A DNA stretch of 64,000 nucleotides from Lingula anatina (taxonomy: Eukaryota > Animalia > Brachiopoda). Numbering within the stretch: the first letter of the stretch is position 1; the number at the start of each line of letters is the position of its first letter. The stretch spans positions 2,852,001 to 2,916,000 of the forward strand of contig CM120645.1 in assembly GCA_051362555.1 (NCBI GenBank), in the 5' to 3' direction. The notes under the pieces are model-generated. The model worked only from the letters and a program-made list of their open reading frames with translations, ran no database searches and had not been told where the DNA came from. The position numbers and the translations under genes are program-made. Of the stretch, positions 37,301-50,500 are shown piece after piece.

Positions 37301-37791
37301 ACACACTCAGAGAGAGATAATTTTTGTTTATACATGGTCAAGGTCCATTAAATGATTCCTGACAAGTTCTCAACATAATCAGTTGATTTCCAGAGTTAAC
37401 TTTCTGTTGGCTAAATAATAATTAATTTGTGGTCATCCTCTCCACTGACCAGTCTTTAAAAGGAGCCGAAGTTGAACTTGACCAGTCAATCACGCCTTAC
37501 CTGTCAGGTGTTAAGTGACCATTAAGGTGTGACCTTTCCCCCCAGGCTTTGGTATCAATGGAGATAATGGAAAAGATGATCTGAGTTTAGAAGGTATCTT
37601 GTTTGTACTATCAGTGATAGAGTGGTATTGCTCGTCTTTCATGTTTACCGACACCTCCATGAGGAATTTGGGCCACAGGAAATACCACCACTGTTTAATG
37701 GCAGGTGTGTTGTATACCTGATTAGAAAAACTGGAAGGTACCCTCCAGCACAGAGCTTTCAGGAAAAATTAATTGTTTTATCAACAAAGTC

Positions 37792-37942
37792 TTGTATTAC
37801 CTCTGGTATAACAAGTTTTCATGTGAAAGATTGCTAGAAATAAAAGATTGAGCTGTAGTAATGTACTTGTATGTAGTCAGTAGTAATCACCTGGAACAGG
37901 TCTCTGCATGGAGTAATGCAACACCAGCAGGACAGAGCTATG
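37792..37942. repeat. Dispersed repeat fragment (second copy at ~51958-52100)
   Basis: Shared blocks ATTACCTCTGGTATAACAA and TCTGCATGGrGTAATGCAACACCAkCAGGACrGAGCT in the same orientation. Confidence 0.65.
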
Positions 37943-38456
37943 GATTCTTTATCTTGCAGTGCTACTAATATGGCTTTTTCTCTAAAGAAGAAAAGAAAAG
38001 GTACACTCAGAAAGAAAAATACCAAGAATGTGGTAATTTTAAAATTGAGTAGCTTAATTTAATGCAAATTTGTGCTATTGTCTGAAAAGAAGAGACTCTA
38101 TGATGAAATCAGTGAGGCTCTAATTGTGCCTATGTATTGATAGATGACACCAATTTCCTTAAACAGCTGTGACTCTCCTCTGCTTCCAAATCATGAACTT
38201 TAAGTGAACTACCTTCACATCAGATCTCAAATTTGAGTATTCCATGTTTCCACACAGTTTAACCAGAAAAGATTGACAATTCCCCCAGATTACAGATTTG
38301 CATGCTTGGTGGATACAACTGAACATGTGGGAGGAACACACAGTTGTAATATCAGACCTTCTACAATGAGTATAATTGAACCTGCATCGAGTGATCTCTG
38401 GGTGAATTGTCCTGGTAGACCAACATTTTGTTAAACTCATCTGAAGAGTTAACTTA

Positions 38457-39045
38457 GGCCACACTTTTTTAATTTTATGGATGACATCCTGCGCGCGCAC
38501 GGATTTTCGCCCGTTCTCCAAAAAAAAAAAAAAAAAAAAAGCCCCCCCCCCCCCCCAGCCCCCAACGAAGTCGGTTGTCGCAAACGTTGTTATTGAATTT
38601 GCAAGGAAATGAGCTTTCTGCGCATGCGTATTTTCGCCACGTGGAAATGCGGCCACTTTGCTGTCAAATTCATCTCTAGGATTACTTTCAAATTACACAA
38701 CAATAAAAGTCATAAAGAGAACGGGCGCCATCGTTTTGGATTGGTATGCCATTGATATTGGGCATGGAGATATCACCTTTTTACAATTGTGCGAAAGGCT
38801 GGCGGCGGCCGAAACATTTCTGTGACATTCTGTATAAAGCAGCACATTAATACCAGGTTTTCTGTAGCGAAAAAAGGGTCGACAAGGGCGTCGAGGTATT
38901 TGGTGGGCTGAAGGTCGGACAGGCCACCTGACAGGCCACCTGCGCGCGTTTTTTTTTTGGACTGTTTTTTTTTTTTTTTTCGCCCTCTCGCACCGATTTT
39001 GGGGTACCCAGAGGATGTCATCCATAAAAATAAAAAAGTGTGGCC
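38457..39045. mobile_element. Complete PIF/Harbinger-type MITE, copy B (589 bp)
   Basis: ~34-bp TIRs GGCCACACTTTTTT(A)ATTTTATGGATGACATCCT, with a TTA target-site duplication at 38454-38456 and 39046-39048. No coding capacity. Confidence 0.92.
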
Positions 39046-42000
39046 TTACCTAAGAATAATGGTGGTTCACCGTGAGTTTTAGAGGATGCTGGAAACTTTC
39101 TATTTGCTATTTTTTTTACTCAGATTGCTTCTGTGATAAAAAATTTGCAGTAACGCCCTGAGTCACGGAGGACACTGGGTATTTGGGTATGGTCATTGAT
39201 TTTTTTTATGGGGGGGGGGGGGGGGTGTAGTTTCAAAATGCTATGACCCTGTTAGACCGAACTCGCCTTGCAGTCTGAGTCTCTCAGAAAACAAAAATAT
39301 TATTGGCCCATTCTCAACGATGCCCCACCACTGGGCCAAAGTTTTTTCTCTATTCCCAGCAGTCAAAAGTTAGCCCAACGTGACAGGGGATTGAATGAGC
39401 CCATTCAATTTATGTTGTATTCACGGCTGTGGCATGTTGTTATGTCAGGCTCAGGCTAGTGTAGGTAGTTCTCAGTTGGATTTCGGGTGACAAGAATAGC
39501 CAACTTGAGCTATGGTGGGAAGTAAGTACTTGTTGATAAGACAGGCATGCAGAAGGTGTATAGTAGTGGTGTTTGAATAGGGGTCGGGTGTGAGAAAGTC
39601 CGGAGAGTTACAGCATATAGTATTTGTCATCAGGGTGGGAAGTTCCTAGTTTGACCTTATAATCAATAAATATTGCATACTACTGTCACCTCGTCATCAG
39701 AGGGAAACTTTTTGAGTCCAGAAATGAACCCGATAGTTGATAACTAGTATGTGGCATCATGCTAAGTCAACAATTGGATGGCGGTCACTTTCGATATCAA
39801 GCTGTCACCAAGGATGACTGAGCTCCAGGACAGAGCACTATAACTGACCACACATTGATGTGGTGAGACCACAGATCTCTCTGTCATGCTTGTGACTAAT
39901 GACTCTGCAGTGAGAGCATTTTTAGCAGCGATTACAAGAGAAAATGCAAGACAACCCAGACTTTGATATTGGATTATGATTGTTTGTCTCAGCTGTATTG
40001 TGGATGGAAGATAGAAGTGGGGTATGTTGGTCACACCACTGTGGACACCAGTGACCTTGGAAGATCTATCTAGGTCATTGAACACACATTCACACACACA
40101 CACACACACACACAGACCAGTGACCTTGATGTGTCATAGTGCACATCAGTGACATACATATATCTTTGAAGGTCATTGTACATCAGTGATCTTAAAAGAT
40201 CTTTTAATCTGTTTTATTCTTTTTTTCGTACATCATCAGTTCTTATCGCATAGGTACTTGCACAACATTGAAAAATAAGTTATATTCCAGGCCCCATGAA
40301 CATTGAAACTGTTCACTGAGACATGCTGTGCACACACTGGTTTGATTACACTTAACCATAATGCTTTTATTTAGATTGAACTTGGTGTTGTTTATCAGAG
40401 CCTTGTTTTATGACAGAGTCTTCAGTTTACTGAAATAGGCTAATTATACCCGAGTAAATTTGCTCGGGGAAACTGAAGATATTGATTTGTAATTTGGAAG
40501 ATATCATTAACTTGATACTGGGTATGTTAGGGTGTGGAAAGGATATATTAGAAGATTATCCACCGAGGTTAAGAAAAGGTTAGGCAATAATTGGTAATTT
40601 GTGCCTTTTGTAATGATAATAATGTATTGCTGATGCCTATATATAGCAATTACTGTGATATTTGATTAATTTTATTGACTGGCTCCAGTTATGAGATATG
40701 ACGCAAATGTATGCATTTTATGAAGGCAATTTATCAGTTCCATTTACACAATAGCACCATTTATTTTATTAGTTATGGCATGCTGAATGTCATAAATAGC
40801 CTGTTTCAGACCAACGCCACCTGTACCACACTTTGAACTTTGGTTGTTTTCAGACGAATTATAGATATTTGATTTTAATGGCTTCTGAATTCGTTGAATA
40901 CCGCCATGATTCCCCTGGCGCCTTCAATTTGTCATTTATCGTGATGTGACAAAAATGATACTTGTCACCTCAATGCCCCAATCTGTTCTCATCTATGTGA
41001 CAGTATTCAGAGTTGACAGATTAAGTGGGGCTTTTAACAGTGCACAATGGAGGGGGCCTACATAGAATGGGGGGGGAGAGAAAGAAAAAAGTCATGTTTG
41101 ACATGTGATGCTTGTGGTTTTGAGTCAAGGTGCTCTTTTAAGGTCAGTAAACATTAATGATAAAGCCTACCTCCCAGAAGAGCATACATTCTCGCTTACA
41201 GATCATTTGCTCAACGTTTACAGTGTGGTGCGGCTCATAGGAAAATTTAAGAAATAAATATTTTTCATCAACTCACAGTTGATAAGGTGAAACATTTGCA
41301 CCATTGAAACCGGAGTGGTGTATTTGTGGAGAAAGTGCTGAAGAGTATATGTACACATATCAAAATTTTCAAGGTACTGTACAATTTTCTAATTCAAAGA
41401 GTTTTTCCCTTCACCCCCTGTCTTGTTTTCCTCATTAAGACAAATGTCTTTCTCATTTTATCTCTGATGGCATGCCTCAATTTCTTCTCTTATCTTTTTT
41501 CATCAAGCAATATCAATAGCTAAGGCATCATCCTTAAGAGAGGATTTCCATGCTTTAGGAAAGACAGTGATAAACAATTAATATCTTTTTCTTCTGCCTT
41601 TGTTAAACCAACAGTTTATTTTGGTCAAATTATCCTTTACACAAATTATAATGATAAGGACTTTAATTATTTATGTCATCTGATAAAAATTTAGTACCAG
41701 GTGAGCATGCAATTTGGTGTTAATCTTTCACGGTGGACTGATGTGGTAGTAGGGGGGATTGCATGGTGACAGAGGGTCTTTTGTCATTGTAATCTGATGA
41801 TGTTGATGGTGGGAATGCATCTTGAGCCCCACGGATTGTGCTGAGTTCATAGGTTACCTGGGTATGGCACTGTGCTGGGTTGTATTTAGCTAGGGAAGAC
41901 AACAGGTGAGCGGCTGAATGTCAGCAGATATGACTTCAAAAAATTATTCTTATTTTTATATTAATATGAAGCAGGAAGTCGATGGATGTAAGATGGTGTG

Positions 42001-42575
42001 CTATGTTATCAGGCTCGTTAGACCATTTTAGAATTTTTGCTTAAAAGTTGTTATTATTATGATTGCCAATTCTAGACAGATGGCCAGATTGGGATTCTCC
42101 AAAAAAAAAAATAAAAAAATCTAAGATACACAATGAGTATCAGTTTAACAGTGTAGTCAATACACTTTAATGTGAAGAATCAAGCTAACATTGGCTTATA
42201 ATAGATCTGATATATATATGCAGTCCCATTAAGTAGCATTATGATGACCATTTAGCAGCATTTGAACAGTGGGTTATTGACTAGATAGTATTGAAGGTCT
42301 GTGAGGAGTTGGAATGCTGTGGCATATCGAGGATGGAGATTTATATCGGAGATAATGACTGTATCAGTGCGCAGTCCTGCTTCGGATTCACAAATATTGC
42401 GATTAATAGGTCTTAGGATTGTAGGTATCTTTATAGGTTGATATCTAAAAATGATGTTTAATCTTTTAGTCACAGTATCGATGATTCTGTTGACAGATGT
42501 CTTGTTGGTTGAAAATGGGGATTTGTGAATGCTGTGTAGAATTTATAGGCAGTTGTGGTTGAGATTAAATTGGTT

Positions 42576-42577
<2 letters not shown>

Positions 42578-42621
<44 letters not shown>
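42578..42621. repeat. (CT)n microsatellite
   Basis: About 22 units. Confidence 0.95.
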
Positions 42622-42624
<3 letters not shown>

Positions 42625-45600
42625 ATGTGTTTTTCAATGCCTGTTAAAAATGCCTTTGCATGTTATACACACTTTACCTGTCAATTGGACAATTTGAAAC
42701 ACCCATCCATATAACATTATCATACACCTTTGCGATTAAGTTGAAATTATCATTTACGGAATATCTGTCCACGATTCAGGTTGTCTGTTGCATGATGGAG
42801 TCATTTATTATTACCTGTTTTATAAGACAGGATCAAATAGCTGTGCATATTGGGTTCTAGGTACTAGTAAGAGGTGAGGGAGATTTGGAACTTGCATCTG
42901 TGACACGAGTTAGGTGGATAGATCTGCAGTTTACTTGCAACGCGTGATATGACGACAATTTTAGTCATGTTGGTCTTTTTCTGATGAATTTGATGCCCTC
43001 TCTTAGTGATGAAAATGTCACTGGTAATAAAGTTTCCATTTTCTCAACCCTGCCATTTCTTGTCGCTAAAGTGCAACCATTTTACATTTATGCAACAAAA
43101 TTTTACATGTATATATAGTTGAAAAAAGGTTATGAAAATTTTCTGAGCTGAACAATATGTGGTTTAATGTGAAAGTTTCCCAATTTTAGTTCTTCTAGCT
43201 GGTAATTTACCGTTGTGTGATGTGCTAGTAAAGTTAGGTGGTAGTTAACTGAATGTAGTGATCGCGTGGTCCTTTGAGAATGGCACTCGTAAGCCATTTG
43301 TATGTTGTTCTAAATGTCGACATCCCCAGCAGAACTAGCAACTTCCTGATCTAGATACGGCGAGGTAGAAAGGCTGATGGGTAAGCAAGCATGTAAGATT
43401 GATCACGGTGAAGGCTCAATGGCGTCAGGTGAGCATTACGTTGCAGATGTGACAAGTCATTTGGGGACATTCCGCGCCAACAGGGGACGTGTCAGTGTTT
43501 CATGGCTTGGTGAACGGAAGATTATGAAGTCCCTGTGGATTGGCTAAGCATATGTATTTGTAACTATGATGTGGACAAATTCGGACTGTTTAATCGTATT
43601 TCCTTGTCCAGGGCTATTGGCCAAGTCTTTTGGAAAATGAGATACAAAAGGGGTAAGCCCCAGTTGATTTATTGATTAATTTTTGATATTTTTTAAATGA
43701 ATTTTTTCAATTAATGTTTTTAAAATATCTTGAAAGTGCTTATCTATTGGTATCAGACCCTCTTTCTGCTCCCCCCTCTTTTATGGCCTTCTTGCCACCA
43801 TTTTAGTACATACTTAACTTTAACAGTTAAGGGTAAATGACTATAAAATTTGGCTCCTCATACTTTGGGGAAACATTTTGTTAATGTGCCTGAAGAGGAG
43901 GGAAGAGAGAAAGGTCTTTCATTACAGTTCACACTGAAACACGCAAAGTAGCCATTTCCCAAAGAAATTGTATAATTTTCTTTTGAAGGACTTGTAGTCA
44001 GTTGCGTCATTTTGTAATGGCCATTTTGTCTTCATCTCAAGGCATGCGTTTTGACTGTATTGCCTTTGTCTATATGGGACTGAATAGTTAATGCTGAAAT
44101 GCATTTTCTAGTGAGAATGCATTTGTGAGGATTCTGATATTATTGGATGAGTGACTAAATTCATATTGATAAGGACATTAAGAAGAACATCAATTTTAAG
44201 ATAAGCACTTGAGGGATTTCTACGTGTTATCTCCTAATATTACAAAACACAAGTACACCTTGTTTTTACTTTAAGATCAGAAATAGAATTCTCAATTTTA
44301 AAGCAACTTATTTGTCTGGGAGCAGCTATTTCGTCACTGAAGTTCAGGGACCCACTTGCTGCATAACACGATGTTTTGCCACTGTTTTAATGTGTGTCAC
44401 ATCTCAGATAAAGTTAATGCAAATGATTACTCCTTTTAATGCTTTTGTACAAGAACATAATATTCATATTTTATCTCCTTAGTTCCAAGGTACTAATTAG
44501 GCAGGACTTGAAGACAATTCAGGTCGTTAGTGGACTATAAGGCACTGTCGATACAATCACCCCATCATCAGTATGTACAGTGACAACTTACAATGTAAAG
44601 ACCTCAGGACCCTATTTCACTAGAGCTTAGATGGAATGGTGCTATCCATTTTTCAGATAAAGAAACTCCTGTTGAAAATGCTAACAATTGCCTGGGTAAT
44701 ACTAGTATGATAAATTCCACATAAATGGTCTGGATGTAATCTATTAAAATTAAATATAAGATATTCCAGCAACTTTTCTATCACTTGTCAAAATATTTCA
44801 TTTCTCACTCCAAACCACCCACCCCCACCCAAAGCAATGCACCCTGAGACCCATAACTAAAACCCTGCTATCACACCCCTCGTGAACATCCACATCAACA
44901 TGGCTTTGCACACTAAGGTCCTCAAAATGGACCCCACAAGTCATCATGCCTTATATTTAATTAATACCTTACTAAGCCCGCTAATTAATCATTTCTATGT
45001 GAGAAATTTATATTGAGAAAGTGATACCTGTGTTCTGGTGTACCCCTCGGATAACAAGTAGGGGGGGGGGGGGCATTTGGTATCTGATAAAGTGAAGTTT
45101 CATCTTCATTATACATGAGTACAGAGATTAGGATCTTGTTAGTTACTCATTATGAAGCATACAGGTGTTTGAGATTTATGACAATGATGACAGTAATGTG
45201 GGAAGTTCATATGCCCCTTCTATCCACCCAGAGGTACACCTAGCACCCTTCAAATAAGGTGGTATGTGATCTTCTTGTCTTGGAATACATGTAATTGGCT
45301 GGATGTTTTTGGAGAAGATCAGCAAAATTCCGAACAGGTACATTGTTGACTTTTAATTCATGATAGTTGTTTCTGAACATTTCAGAGTTTAAGGTCCCTT
45401 CTTGCCATGCCTTACAAATGGTAAAAATAGCTTTTTTGAATGTTGTCTCTCATATGTATGAACTGTTTAGCTGCAAAATTGTGACTTTTTTCTGGCAGAA
45501 TATTTTTGGGGAGAGTCATATTTTCAAAGGTACACTGGTGCACAAACTTATTTAACTCCGAACGACCGTGGGAAGAACTAGGATAATTATCCTATTGTAA

Positions 45601-47555
45601 GCGAATCTTCATTTCAGATGGGTAGCACCTAATCGGTTGACCTAACCAGCAAGTAACTTGACTGTACATGAATGAAGCGAACATGACATAACTTCAACCT
45701 CACCATTAAAATGAATGTCAGACCAAACGAAGTCATTTCTTGCAAGAAGAAAGGTCACTGTAGCAGAAATAATCGCATCCTGCGGAACAGAAAGCATTCA
45801 GAGACCCAAGAACGTTCAAGGGCATGTTATTTAGCCACTCCAAGCATATTTATGCTTCCTTACTGCCAGTGTGTCTGCGTTATTGCAAATCTAAAATGAT
45901 ATCTCTTCTTTTTGTAAACACATTTTCAAGGTACAATTGTCCTCCGTTTTGTCCACAAAGTATGATCAGAGATAAGTGTCAAACATGTTAACTGTTGAAT
46001 TTACATCTGTGAAACAAGAGTAATTGATGTACAGTTGGTGTGCAACAAAACCTTAAGGTACGGCGGTATCGGCAAAATCGTGTGTAGCAATGTGCACATG
46101 AATGATGTGTATTATTACAAGCTTGCAGCACTTAATGGTGCCGTATTGTTCTATAGTCATTCTGCGGGTCCCTGGTGGCAAAAGATGGCTTTTAGATTCA
46201 CAAAGAGGATAAATCTCTCTTTGCAATGGCAGGAGAGAATGGCGGATTGGACTGACTGCAGATACGTACATAAGTGTGTGTTTGGGTATTGTTTTTTTTT
46301 TTTTTTTAGACACATCAAGTTCAGTGAAATGTGGGTGATTTTTATGATGGCATCTTGCTATGTTTTATGGGTCTTCTCAGTAGCTACACATTCATAATGC
46401 AAGTAGTGGAGAACAATTAATTACCTGGGAAAGGTGAAACTAATGTACTCGTTTCAATTAGCGTGTAGAACACTTAATGATTTTTCTAAGAAAACAGACA
46501 GGGGAGGTTGATGACACATTCCAGTTATTTTTGTAAATTGAATATCTTTTTGGGGTATGTAGTGCTAAAATGTAAAAGATCTGACACCAAGTAAGTAAGC
46601 TTTAAACTGAGGATTTGATAACATCTCCAGGCCAGCCAAATAATGCATGAAGAAAGAAAAAAGGCAATATATTATTGCCAGCACTATCCAGGTGTACACA
46701 CATATCTCATTCTAGTTCAGCTTCTGAGAAATGGTGAGCTTTGTTAATACTTGTTATTTTAGAAGGAAGATCTATAACTTCTGATCGAATACTGTGGGTG
46801 GTTTTAAGAGTGTGGCATGTTTTGATATGGTATTATTCTGAAATACAACTTTTTAAAAGCTGATCAATAGCTGGAATGGGCTGTATTTGGGGAAAGCTGA
46901 ACTAATTGCAGCTATTGGAGATAGTTTCAGAAGGAGAGAAAGGGGGACAAACAAGTTAGGGAAAAGAAATGTGCAGCTTCACCATAGACTCGGAATAAAT
47001 GCCTGGCATGAAAAAAAAAGTTATTACCAGTACTTAAGATCATAGGTTTATCAAGAAAACAGAAAGGAGTACAGAGGGGGCCTGCCTTAATTGTCATTAC
47101 AAAGAGAGGAAAAGAGTATTAATGAATTCTGATTTTATTCTGCAGCAGCTTTGGAGTCCGTTTTTTCCAGTCGACTTCTTAATTAATTTCTTTGAAGTTC
47201 CTTTTGATGGTGGGCTATTCATTATGTCTGTGTCTGGGTGCTCAGGGCTCCCAGAGCAAGAAGACTGTATTTGAAGCTTTGATTCAGATTTTATTATTGA
47301 TTCCCCCTTCTGCTCTGGGCATAATTAATTATCAAATTAATTAATCCGTTTGTTCTGGGAGAATATATAGAAAAAGGCCTCTTGAGATGTGCACAAGGTT
47401 AAGGGATGCATTCTGAAAATATGAACCATTGTCTGGAATTTGCTTTGAACTATGAAAAAAATGTGCATCTTAATGAGATCTGAGGTGGATTACAATTCGC
47501 TCTTTGGTTAATTTTTCTTTTTTTCTTCCCTTTGCAGGTCAAAGAATGAAAAACA

Positions 47556-50500
47556 ATGAAGGAACTTAACATTCCAAGGAGCGTCAGGATGGAGGCCATT
47601 TTACCTTATTTTGCCACCATTTTTATTCTATGCAACTTCGTATTTGTTGCCAAAGCCACTTATGTGACCAATACTTACAGTGACTCCTCAAACAATGGGA
47701 ATTTTTACAAACTGGAGTTGGATCGGGACACTGGTAGTGTTTATTTAGCTGGGAAAAATAAACTTTATAAACTATCGTCAACATTGGCGCTAGAACAGAG
47801 CGTGGTGCTTGGACCCAAAGAGGATAGCCCAGATTGTCCTTTGCCACCTTCGCTACAATGTGATTTTACTAAAACGATGACAGATTTCGTTCCAAAGGCC
47901 ATGGTTGTGTATTATGACCAACGCCGGTTGATTTTGTGTACAAATCTGTACCAGGGTCTGTGTGAGAAAAGGAGCCTAGATGATATTACGGAATTAGACA
48001 CGAACATTTACACGCCCATGGTACCCCATGACAGTACATCGTCCACGGTGATTTTCATAGCGCCATCACCTGATGATAGCTCAAAAAAGGTCCTCTTCAT
48101 TGGTGCCACTCGCACAACCTACGGAACTGTGGATGCCTATAAGAAACTTATACCCGCAATAAGCAGTCGTAACATTGAGACCTACGACTTGACTTTTACC
48201 GATGTTCTCCGAGGGAAATCCGAAATGCGAATAGATGAACTTCACACCACTTCATTCTTCATCAAATATATCCATGGCTTCAGCACAGGTGGCTTTGCCT
48301 ATTTCATCACCGTCCAGCGAGAAGCAACAGGATCTCGGAAGTTTGTCACCAAACTGGCCAGAATTTGTGAAAAGGATGTGCATTTCTTTTCCTACGCTGA
48401 AGTGCCTCTGGTTTGTAACAAATCGGGTACGGACTACAACATCGCCCAGGCAGCGTATCTGGCCAAGTCGGGTCCTGATTTGGCGGAGAGCCTCTCTATC
48501 CCACCAACGGAAGATGTGCTGTACGTTACTTTCGCTGTAGGGAAACAGAATTCCAATGAGACACTGGCCAACTCTGCTGTGTGTGTCTACCCTATGAGGG
48601 AAGTCGTCCGAATTGTAACACAGAATATACAGGAGTGTTTCAGGGGTTTGGGGAATATCGGACCAGATCATTTTGCCAGCAGGCAGGGGTGCACAGAGGC
48701 TGTGAGTATAGGATGTAATGGTATCGTTAGGTGTACCTTTCGAAACATGGCATGCTTGCACACACATGCACATGTACTTGCAGTTACAAACCAAACTTAC
48801 GTGAACTTGGTGTGTACAGATCTGTTAATTTATCTTTAAGTCTTGATCAACTTCCACATCACCTGCACACACTGATTAAAGGGGCATTTGTAAACAGAAG
48901 TTTTGTGGCTTTGCGAAAGCGCTAGGACCTGTTTGTGGCAGACTCCTTTAAAAATGTCAGTGGTTTAAAACTAGATCATATATGAATATGTTTCATTAAT
49001 TTCTATTATATTTTTCCCAGCAGACACTGCCAATAGGAGATGACTATTGTGGAACCCATGACTTTAACTACCCGATAGGAGGGAATATTCCTCTGCAGTC
49101 CACTGCGGTGATAACTCTACCGTCAACTGCAGTCACAGCTGTCGTGGTGTCCATTACATATAACTACACTGTGGCCTTCCTGGGCACAAGTACTGGTCAT
49201 CTGCTCAAGGTAGGGTTCGATTCTTTTCCCCCTTAGCTCCCAAAAGAAAAAGGAGGGGGTGTTTGTTCAGTTGAATAAGAAAAAATATTAATTAAGTCAG
49301 TTGCGGTGATTTAATGCAAGTTAGATGAATCTTGGTTTTTGTAAAGCCTGTATTTTGTGCTGTTGATATCCCACAGTGCACTTCTTACTTCCTGTGTCTC
49401 TCTGCTGATTGTCACATTTGAAATTTTTTCATGAGCAAAACATAATTAAAGAAAAAAAGATTAAATTAATTTAGATCAGTTGATCTGTCTCTTTCAATTT
49501 AAAATTAGCAATCTTGGGGATAATCAAAGTCACGGGAAACCAAGTTATGAAGGAAATAATCTCAATTGCACAGCTGAGCTTGTAACATTTTTAACTTTAG
49601 AAAGATCCCACCAGCAGTAATTTACATGCAATTTCAGTCCATTAAGTTAGTATGGAAAAAGGATGAAGAAATTCAGCTTAAGTTTTGCCTGATTAATTCA
49701 ATCCAGTCAATTGAGCCTGTCTAAGATTGCTTTCTTCTAATTTCCTGTGTGTAAGAAGCCGTTCTCTTGTGCACTCTTGATGAAGTTGGGGATGGGTGAA
49801 AGCGGGACATAGTAAAAAAACTCCTGTAACATTTATGTGATTTCCCAGTGGATACCCTCAGCGTCCTATTACTGTTGCAAACTTTGTTAAACTTTTCTCC
49901 ATCCTTCCTCTTGGGCATGGAGTAAATATGGCAGCTCTAGAAAATCTACTTTGCTAAATTCTGTTAGTAATTGTCCTGGCGCTAGTGGTGCCAGCAGCCA
50001 CAGAACCCTGACTCCAGGAATCTCGTGTAATTACCAGATGAAATCTAGTTCAACCTGCACTGATGGCCGCAATCAAGCACCTGAGGTGCATCATGGGATT
50101 GCACGGGACAATTTCCATGGGATTTTTTTTGTAGATCCTAGTGTTTCAAACTAAGGATATCTGTGTCCTGGTGGAATGATTCTATGTTTTCCAAATCTGT
50201 CAATAGATAAAGAGTGAAAGGCATACTATGAGGAAAGGAAAATACGACAAATCTCTCCAAACACACAAATTACGGAACTGCTTCCTTGCTTTTATTTGCT
50301 TTCAAATGTTAGCACTCCCACCGAGCAGCATTGCTCTTAGCATTACCCATATACAGGAGCTTAAACCTTCCCTGGACTAGTATGGTTGATGTCATCTGAT
50401 CGGTGGGTCTCCCACTGAGCTGTGAACTGCGTTCTGTCACAAATGGGGATCGCAAAGAAAAGAGGTGAAAATGATTGGAGCTGACCCCCCCCCCCAAATC

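Noticed and set aside
48702-48839. C-terminal tail of the 427-aa ORF suggesting a secreted Sema-only protein
   Set aside because: A strong donor GCT|GTGAGT at 48701 and in-phase downstream Sema exons show that the tail is intron read-through.
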